A stretch of DNA of 61,538 nucleotides, filler included, from Choristocarpus tenellus KU-1152 (taxonomy: Eukaryota > Protista > Phaeophyceae): NCBI GenBank assembly GCA_964200185.2. It is 14 parts of 14 records of this genome, joined end to end, with 100 filler letters (N's around TTAATTAATTAA, not from the genome) between each part and the next. Parts side by side here need not be neighbours in the genome. Positions count along the whole stretch, not along the records: positions 52,928 to 56,843 come from CAXNAD020017171.1; positions 56,944 to 61,538 come from CAXNAD020013862.1; 12 more parts are not named here. One strand, written 5' to 3'. The translations under genes and the position numbers were made by a program. The first letter of the stretch is position 1. Each line of letters opens with the position of its first letter. The notes beneath the pieces are model-generated. The model made no database searches, had not been told where the DNA came from, and saw only the letters and a list, made by a program, of their open reading frames with translations. Of this stretch, positions 52,928-61,538 are shown one piece after another.

Positions 52928-54824
52928 CATACGGATACCCCCCCTCAACCATGAACTGATGTGGCAAACTATCAAGTGCCATCACCCCTCCACCTGATGA
53001 TGCTGCCGAGCTCATGTTCTTGGGGGAAAGAGCTGGTCCTCCTGGGAGAGGTGGTGCAATCCCTCCTCCATCTACAACTCTGTTTTCACCTCCCCCAATC
53101 ATCCTCATGAGGTGCTGGCCTCTTTCAGATGGCGAAGACGGCTGACTGCGAGGGGTCTATGCCCACCAGCATAAGAATAAAGCAGAAGGTTTATCAGACA
53201 GAAGGACAATGGGGCATTTTATTCTTTTTTCATATATATTTTATTCCTTTTCATTTACATTTTATTCTTCTCATTCCCGCCGAGGAGAAGGGTTGAGGTA
53301 ATATCCACACTCTTGAGTACTTCCAACCAGCTATTATTATTATTATTATTATGTTGACACCAGTGAGTACCCGGTGGAAAGTCCCTCTTCATGTGTACTG
53401 ATGTCTTGAAGTTAATATTTTTATTAGTGTTAATTTCTTTTTAGTTTTTAACTTTTGCGACACAATTTTCAATTTTTCAAACAACAACAACAACAAAAGC
53501 TTCATGTGCTCGTACCCAGACCCCGTCAGAGGGCAGGCACACATTTCCCCCACAATACAAGACAGAACTGACAACACAAGACTGACTGCACATACACAAA
53601 ACTCAGAATTTTCTATAAGAAATACCTTACCCGACATGGTCCTGACCAACCATGTCAATGCATCAACCCTACTACAAAAAATTCATCAACTGTTCAGTAA
53701 ATGATGCCAAGTCTCAAAACCTATCCCAATCCTCCAAGCACATACCTTCATCACCATGACACTGTATGGCCATGTACTGCCTGTTCCTTAGTAGTAACCA
53801 AGGGACTGCCCGGCATGTAATAACTGTGCAGTCAATATATACACACACAAAAATATATACACACTTACCCAGACTGTACTAAAATCAGGGTTAAGAGAGG
53901 TCTTGACACAGTTGATATCAAGACTTCTCAAGACAACACAAGAACAGGGCTGTCACGCCTGACTACCAATCCAAAGTTTTACCTCAATAAAAATCCCTCA
54001 ACTCTCAGGTATGGACTAACCCTAACCCTAATGGATGCGGAGGGAGCGATGCTGATTAGAATCAACAAACTCCATCAAATGATAAAAAAAGAGTACTTTA
54101 AAATAGCATTATTTTTTTTATTACATACAAAGAGAGAGACTCCTTATTCCCCTTGCTCTAAACAGAAATTAAATAATAAAAATCTTGCTCCATCTCTGTT
54201 TTGATGTGATAAATGCAAATAAAGGTTTTACACCAGGAGTGGCAGCCCTAACCCTAAACCCCATAAACCTAACCCAAACACCATTTTTTTTTTGAGAGGT
54301 ATGGTAGACTTTATTGCTCTACTAAATCAAAACTACTACACTAGTACAAGGATCACATTGCAATCTACTCCTCCCTCTCTCTCAAGATTTTTTTTTTTCA
54401 GTCAGTTACATATTTGCTAAAAAAATAAGAAAGTAGTACAGTCTCTCGTATCCTGAGCACTCACCCCCTCCCCCGGTGATACACTCTACTTCCAAGACTA
54501 CCTGGAAAGACAATAAAAGGCACTCATCTCCAAAATCACACAGGTCATCAAGAAAAAGAAGACAACCTTTTCCTACACAAATCTACTGCATCCTCTAACC
54601 AAAGCAATGGAAAAATCCCAACAAATATATATAGTTGTAGATACACATAGGATCCCCCCCACCCCCCCCCAGCTCCAGACCTGTTGTACCCTGTTGCCCG
54701 AGGAAGACAAAGCAGCAGCCTGTGAGAGAGCGAGGGCCTGTGCCTGTAACGACTGATCCATCATCATCTGCCGCTTCTGTTCTTCCTGGAGTTGATGCAT
54801 AACTCCATGTGACCTCAAATTCGA

Positions 54825-54899
<75 letters not shown>

Positions 54900-55613
54900 G
54901 GAGCCTGAGCCTCCGCTTGCGTTCGAGCCTGTGCCTCCGCTTGTGTCTTGGCCTGAGCCTGAATAGCCCTACTCATTTCCCCATGCATTGCCTGTCCATG
55001 CTGTGCCTGTGCCTGTGTTTGAGCCCACGCCCGCGCCTGCGCCTGCGCTTGTGCCTTAGCCTGAGCTTTGGCTTGGGCCCGAATAGATCTGCTCAGTTCC
55101 CCCTCTCTCTCATGAGCCCGCTGGGCCTGAGCCTCCGCTTCAGACTGCGCCTGAACAGCCCGTGCCTGCAATGCCTTCATCCCAGAAGAAACGTCCTCTT
55201 GGAAATGTAAGTCAAGAACCTGGGGTGAACCTCCCTTCCCACCCCCCACCCCCCTCCCCACTCCCTCCCCACTTTCCCCATCCTTACCCTTCGAAGGTGC
55301 CCTGAAAAGCTTTCGATGGAACTCCCTCTCCCTCAATGCTTGTGCTTCTAGAGCTCTTTGACTAGAAATATCCCCCCCTCCCCTGCCTCCCCAGCCCCTA
55401 CCGCCAACACCAAGGCCACTGTTGCCCACAACACCAACACTGCCTACGCCTCCTCTGCCTCTACCAACACCTGCCTTGAAGCCATTTCCTTTGGCATCTG
55501 GACCCTTGGCCTGGCGGAATAGGGCATGCCCGGTATTTGCTTGGAAAATATGGACGTTATGTTTCTCAAGGAACAAATATATCCTATCGCCAAGACTGGT
55601 CAATGTCGATGAC
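52928..55613 (-). CDS. Gly-rich and Ala/Gln-rich low-complexity protein, exons ~55613-54681 (apparent +2 frameshift at ~54897-54904) and 53156-52928, partial
   Basis: SSTLTSLGDRIYLFLEKHNVHIFQANTGHALFRQAKG...AQAQA...(AQ)n SNLRSHGVMHQLQEEQKRQMMMDQSLQAQALALSQAAALSSSGNRVQQ|TPRSQPSSPSERGQHLMRMIGGG..., with AG/GT boundaries. Confidence 0.65.
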
Positions 55614-55738
55614 CTGGTGAGACATAAACAAATCGAGGGATGAGGTGAGCCACACACAAAGATGATTAAGATGTCACACATAAAGGAGATGAAGATGCCA
55701 GAAGAGACAAAAAAAAGGAGAGCAAAGGTCGCCATGCA

Positions 55739-55809
<71 letters not shown>

Positions 55810-56729
55810 TAGGCGGGGGGGGGAGGGGGGAGTTGCAAATCTAATCACGTAGCATAGCTCGAGAAGCTGTACCCAATATGAGTTAGTATATAGTAGGAAG
55901 GGGATAGCAACATACATAATGTGACCCATTTCAGTTGGCTAGCACCATGTTCTATGAATACCTAGTCTTTCCTCGGTGCGAGCACAGGCTACAATAAGGG
56001 TTCTACACCTTAAAAGGCGTAATTTTCATTTACCATATTTTTATTTTCCATCATCAACGCACGCCCACAATTTGGCAGGAAAGATCATAACCTCGTCGAC
56101 TCCACCTTTATTATTATTATTATTATTATTATTATACCAATAGCCATCCATAGTTACATCTTCCACCTCCCAAACCCACCACTTCAAGGTGTACCCTCTG
56201 CACCAAAAGGACTACTGTATAAAAAAAACCTATTAACAAAAAAGAACCCAAGTTTGATCGATCAACCCTCTGATGTCACCAATACAAACACCCACTACAA
56301 TAACAACTTGCCGAAAACTATTACTACCAACTCCACAAGTGCACAAAAAAAAACTTGCTACGTGAAAAAAAAAAAAGATAAAAAAAAGTTAAGAGGACAT
56401 GATAGTGTATCCTTCCTCAAAACAAAAATCATGACATTTTGTTTAAACTAACCTTTTGTTTACACTAACACCACTGCCTCTTCCACTCAACTCCCACAAA
56501 ATTACTACATCACACTAGTAGCACTACATTATCACACTCCCTGATTCACACTCCTTGATCAGGAAAATAACATTGGCCAACCCCTCCCCCTCCCCCCATG
56601 CCTTCAACTCTCTAAAACAGACAACGGCGTCAATCATGCACCCACAACCCAAGTGCCTCCCAACCAATTTTTTCAACCTCATTTCGGTCACAAAGCAATC
56701 TCCAACCACACCGGCTCTATCACTTCCCC

Positions 56730-56778
<49 letters not shown>

Positions 56779-57515
56779 CCGGGGGAGCGCAGTGCGTGCC
56801 TTTCGCGCGCCCGGCATAATAAAAAAAAAAAACAAAAAAAGTANNNNNNNNNNNNNNNNNNNNNNNNNNNNNNNNNNNNNNNNNNNNTTAATTAATTAAN
56901 NNNNNNNNNNNNNNNNNNNNNNNNNNNNNNNNNNNNNNNNNNNCCCCCCCCCATCCAATTTTTTGTCGGTATTATGGTTCAATTTTTGAAGGGATGATTT
57001 GGGGAAAAAAAACAATCCCCCCCCCCCCCCCCCCCCCCCCCCGCCCCCCATCCAACAGGCACACAATGAACAGACATGGAAGCATCAGCCACGTGTTAGA
57101 AGTAGTGCTAACTTCAACAAAGAGTTGCCCGTGCAAATGAGAGAGTTGGAGAAGAAGAGCATGGGTTGGACGGATAGACTGGGGGCTACTGAGGAGAAGT
57201 GTGGAGGCGGCGGGTCCATGAACCTGACCGGCGGAGTGCTCAACAGTCACAGGTATGCACAATGGGCAAGAGTTGCAAAAGTTGACATGGAAATGCACGC
57301 TGGTCTCTTCCTAAGAGAAGGGAGATGCAACAAGTTGTCCTATTCACGAGGGTAACACCTATAGAAGGCGTGCCACTACAAATCCCGCTGTTGCTCGTTC
57401 TAACCATGGAGAATTTTGATTATCTCCCGGCTAACAGTGCACACATACTCAAGCTCCCCATAAATGCAATCATAGTTCCATGAAAATACTATCAATTTGG
57501 CTACCATCCACCAAC

Positions 57516-58219
57516 CTCGGCCGATAATCGTGAAGTTGCCTCAGCCAGGGCCTGCGGGTCCCTGTCCAGACCCACAACACGTCCACCAGGGCCTAGGGCC
57601 GCGAGTAGGGCGGCACTATGCCCTCCTCCACCAAGAGTGCCATCCACGTAAACACCATTTGTATCAGTGACAAGCCACTCCACAACCTGTGTGTGGTGGT
57701 GGGCTGGATGTCAATTCGTGAGTTGTTAGGTAGAATGATGTCCGAATCAGTATGAAGATGAGGGATGGGGCATGAGGGATGGGGCATTGTCACATTTTCG
57801 TAATGTATCAGGTAATACGGTACGTATTTTCCTGGAATCAAATCGACCAGTGACAACAAAAAATATCAGAGCCACACACCAATGGCACATGCTGTGAGAA
57901 GTAGGCTACGACAAATCACCTCGCGGCACACCACTGGTACATGATACGTGGATGCGAAAGGCAGCTTTGAAGAATCTCCGGCTAGTTCTTCACCAATGCT
58001 CTCAGTTTCTTGTAGATCTCCCCGTGATTGGAGTGACCTCTGTCGCCTCCGGGGCCCCATGACCTTGCCCCTTGAGGTCGACCGTCCTCGATCTGTAGAG
58101 AGGGATGCGTACTGCCACAAGGGCATCCATGCAACGCGACCAACCGTGACATGGGCCCCTACTCTTCCCACAGTCGTTGCCCATCCCAAGACCATGGTTA
58201 AGGCAACGACCTTGGGCAT
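57516..58219 (-). CDS. rsmH: 16S rRNA (cytosine-N4)-methyltransferase RsmH/MraW (METTL15 family), organelle-targeted; exons 58219-57920, 57686-~57516, partial
   Basis: YHVPVVCRE|[54 protein letters not shown] contains the H.PV...E, D.TLG.GGHS and DRD..A signature, preceded by a ~90-aa N-terminal extension. Confidence 0.93.
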
Positions 58220-58450
58220 GGGCTTGCCGAAAGATTCGACGTTGCTACACTGCTACTTGTATTCAACTAGCAAACGTGGGGAATGCAATCGATTAGCATT
58301 TCTTGTCTAACTTTAAAACTTTAAAAACCTAAGCAACTCCCTACACAAAAAACTTACAAGGTTCGGTTGCCCTGTGGCGCCACAAAGCGCCACCAACGAA
58401 ACCACCATAACATTGCTACATTATTGTATCTCCTTTCTTATCCTCTCTCC
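58220..58450. promoter_or_regulatory. Probable compact bidirectional promoter (rsmH / SAICAR synthetase)
   Basis: Only 231 bp separate the divergent ATGs. Confidence 0.55.
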
Positions 58451-60654
58451 ATGTCTGAAGGTGGGGTCCAAGGGGTGGCACAAGTTGTTGCCCTTGCACA
58501 GGACAAAACTAAGAGCTACCTGGAGAATATTAATGAAGCTATCCGTAATCCTGAAAAGTGCATTGGCGAGAGTCATCTCGATAAGGATGTAATCGCATTT
58601 GATAGCCGCTACGTCGGCAAGGTGAGGTTGGACTGTCGAGGTAGGTTTTGGAAGGGGAAGATGTGGCCGAACCACGAACCCTTTCATTCATTTCCCTAGT
58701 TATAAACCGTTTCTTTTATATGCGAAACGGATTTTCTCTCTAGTGCACCATAATGTTTACCCAGCTTCGTTTTGTCCTTTCGTGGTAGTCGAGAGCACCA
58801 CACACCTCTATTCCCCTCTTACCTCATGCCAACTGGGGAACTGTCTAGGAGGAATGCATACGTAACATTTTACTCTTCCAATCATCTGTAGATGCATGCT
58901 ATGGCCAGGGATTTAATGTTAGAGGACCCCTGTCCATTCTACAACTCGTTGAATCCTTTCCGAAGTCAGTACTATCGTGGGTTAGAGTATTGCAATGATT
59001 AGGCTACTGCTAGCGCTATTGGTTCACCATGTGAGCGTTTAGTGCCGACTGAGTATTGTTTCAATCTGACTGTGACTGAGTCAATATGGAATCGGTGAGA
59101 CAGTTTTCCTCTCTGAGAATAGTCCCCATCCTTCCAGAGCTTCAAGGGACTTTATCAAACACCAATGTCCAAGGACTGCTCGAATCTGCCCTCAACACTG
59201 GCCAGAGATTTACCAAGCACACACCAAATATCCCAGCATCTGGCTACAGTGATATGAAGTTATGACACCCCTTTTCTCCCCTCCTCTTCTCGTGCGACTG
59301 GTACGGTCTGCTTACCCGAGCAGGTGCGAGACACGTACATCTGCGATCAGGTCATCGTGCTGGTGACAACTGACCGACAAAGTGCCTTTGATCGCCAGCT
59401 AGCAGTTGTACCCTTCAAGGGTGCAGTTTTAAACCAGGTAACATTTACGTCTCCTACTCCATATTTGCCCCCACCACCTGCAATAGTAAATTTGTCTTGT
59501 GTCCCAACCGCTTAAGTTTGCGATCAGACTGTCCTCAAATGCGAGTTGGCCATCTCGTGTCTTCATCCTTGACCCCATTTCATCATTGTACCTCAACTGA
59601 AAGAACAAAAGCACAGCTTACCCTTTTCTATAACACACCTTGACTATTTGGATCCTTCTTGCTCATCTCGTACATGATGTTGAGGCCCTATGTTTTGTCC
59701 TGGTTATTGTGTGGATGGATAATAGGAAGGAAGACAATAGAGAACCGAAGACATTGTCCTGTGAGTAAAAAGGCTCGGTGAATATGAACTAAATCGTCTC
59801 AAAACTTTCCTACACACTCGATTAGAAATGAAATGTGGGCAGTGTGCATGGCGGAAGGTGCACTAAGGTTTGGAGTTCCGCCACCCGTGAGGAGGGTACT
59901 CAGGCAGAACACACAGCATTTCAACACTTGAGGAAACAAAAAAACCAATTGAATCTAACCTGTTCAATCTCGATGCCGATTATTTTTAGCACCATTGAAT
60001 CGTAGCTATTCAACCTCCCGTGACTCACAACACTATGGAAGAAGTTGTCTGGAACAGCATAGGGTACTACCACAGAAGCACAGTTCCTCAACCCTCAAAG
60101 TGTCATTAAAATTAAAAATAAAGAACAATATTGAGGGCACAAGTTTGCTTGCAACGCCTCCGCCCCTTTTTTGGTCTCTGCGGCATGGTGTCTTCATTTT
60201 GGAACAGGCGTATCGATGTGGTCAAACTATGGTGTACTCAGTTGTGATACCTCTCAGACAGTAAGAGTCATGCAGCCACAATGGGTGCTTTCCTTTGGCC
60301 TGAGTTCCCTCAGCACTGCTGTGTCGGCAGTAGAGACCATGTACAAACATTACTGCAATCAAACGAACGACAAGTGGTTTATAACATACCCTCAACCACC
60401 TCCACAGTCTTTATAGTACCTCCTCTTAGGAACAACTCTGCATGTGATAGCTACTTGCCCTCAACCTGAGCATTCCACTGCTTTGGTGTTGCTCTTTTTC
60501 CACTCCTAACTCCTAACCCTCCCCCCCCTTGTATTTGATTATACACGACCTGCTACAGACTAGTGCCTGGTGGTTTGAGAAAACCCGAGACATTGTTCCC
60601 AACCATATTTTGGCCGTGCCTCATGCTAACGTGTCTGTGGGCAAGAAGTGCGAG
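58451..60654 (+). CDS. purC: Phosphoribosylaminoimidazole-succinocarboxamide (SAICAR) synthetase, exons 58451-58621, 59324-59437, 60559-60654, 3'-partial
   Basis: ...SRYVGK|VRDTYICDQVIVLVTTDRQSAFDRQLAVVPFKGAVLNQ|TSAWWFEKTRDIVPNHILAVPHANVSVGKKCE contains the GKVRD.Y, TDRQSAFD, PFKG.VLN and PNH signature. Introns are phase-0 GT-AG. Confidence 0.96.
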
Positions 60655-60824
60655 GTGATCGATTGATTGATTGATTGATGCAGGGATGACTAAACAGTTC
60701 AAAGCGCTCCTGTACATGGAGTAGTTTATATTTTAAACTATCCAATGGAACAGCAGGTTCTTGTGTCTGTGTGCGATGGAGCTGGTATCATTCAAACTCA
60801 GTGTTGTACACTATGTGGTGGTAG

Positions 60825-61100
60825 TACTGTATGATAATATATTTATATGCTAATATATTTATATTATATTTAATGTACTGTATGATAAATAGTACTATGA
60901 TAATATATTCATATTATATTTTATGTACTATATGATATATTTATATTTTATGTACTGTACAGTAGTATCGTAGTATGTTGGTATTACTTTTATTACACCT
61001 CTAGTATACCTCGTAAGCAAGTGGTAGCACTGTATGATAATACATTTATATTATATAATTTACGTACTGTAACAGTACTATCATGGTACATTAGTATAAT
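60825..61100. repeat. AT-rich degenerate tandem repeat (GTACTGTATGATAATATATT-like units) in intron
   Basis: Read directly from the sequence. Confidence 0.6.
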
Positions 61101-61493
61101 TTTTATTATTCCCCTAGTTACACCTTGTATGCAATGAATACGTTTGGGGATATAGCTCAGAGTCGATTCGCTAATCACAGCCAGATCTTTCATGCAGATA
61201 TAGAATACATCTCTGTGCCAATATTCACTCTGCTCTATAGACCGATTTAGTAGCGGCGGAGTAGTGTGTTTGCCTTAATTTGTTTGCCCAATAGGCTGCA
61301 GCTTACCCGTCCAAAACCATCACACGCCTGCGTAGTGTGAAATGAGATACGATATACTGATATTTATTACTTATTTATCGGCCCCATTGACCAATAGTGA
61401 AGTGGCATTTCAGGGTCTGTGTGTGTGTGTGTGAGAGTGTGAGAGTGTGTGTGTGTGTGTCTTGAAAAGGTTCTTTGGACTGTGGTTAAGGCT

Positions 61494-61538
61494 GACTCAA
61501 AGTATCTGAGGGGCGGGGGGGTAGCGGCTGTCCATTTG
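61494..61538. mobile_element. Type-B MITE end at window edge. Other truncated copies of the group lie at 1-56, 3268-3356, 6680-6753, 27471-27495, 30891-30966, 31067-31100, 45480-45533, 48857-48882, 52740-52827
   Basis: All share the CAAAGTATCT / AGATACTTTG terminal motif or a close variant; several also share the GTCCATTTG subterminal motif. Confidence 0.75.

Larger units (their letters stand above)
3168..56943. other. 13 artificial contig-joining spacers (44N-TTAATTAATTAA-44N) at 3168-3267, 6580-6679, 11126-11225, 14416-14515, 18729-18828, 22045-22144, 27371-27470, 30967-31066, 39046-39145, 45534-45633, 48883-48982, 52828-52927, 56844-56943
   Basis: The same 100-nt structure occurs each time. 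TTAATTAATTAA puts stop codons in all six frames, and genes and repeats are cut off at the spacers. Confidence 0.98.

Noticed and set aside
54809-55210. + strand ORF with (EP)n and LRL repeats
   Set aside because: It is the antisense shadow of the Ala/Gln-rich minus-strand exon.
14516-60654. dnaG, rsmH and purC as a bacterial contaminant, HGT island or operon
   Set aside because: All three have spliceosomal introns, two have organelle-type presequences, and dnaG is on a different contig.
61146-61160. GGGGATATAGCTCAG, resembling a tRNA-Ala 5' end
   Set aside because: No anticodon arm, T-arm or acceptor 3' strand follows.

Overview
This window is eukaryotic, not prokaryotic. It holds 14 short contigs (about 3-8 kb) joined by 13 artificial 100-nt spacers (44 N + TTAATTAATTAA + 44 N), so gene neighbourhood across a spacer has no biological meaning. 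Intron-rich genes, a plastid-type presequence and the protein families suggest a photosynthetic stramenopile, probably a brown alga or close relative (inference). Splicing exons by hand, most of which the ORF track misses, gave partial genes for: a CBS-PB1 protein, a CAMK/AMPK-like kinase, a nucleus-encoded bacterial-type DnaG primase, a coiled-coil protein, a glycogenin-like GT8 glycosyltransferase, a SETD3/LSMT-like methyltransferase, an N-acylated RGS-domain protein, an APC amino-acid permease, an Ala/Gln-rich protein, RsmH and SAICAR synthetase. Repeats include a decayed Ty1/copia element with LTR-like copies, an abundant MITE group with GAGTCAAAGTA-type ends, minisatellites and many short interstitial TTAGGG runs. 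The most notable signals are 3-4 GC-AG introns among about 25, dispersed telomere-repeat runs, the nested MITE group and a long insertion in DnaG. I found no convincing novel multi-gene system.
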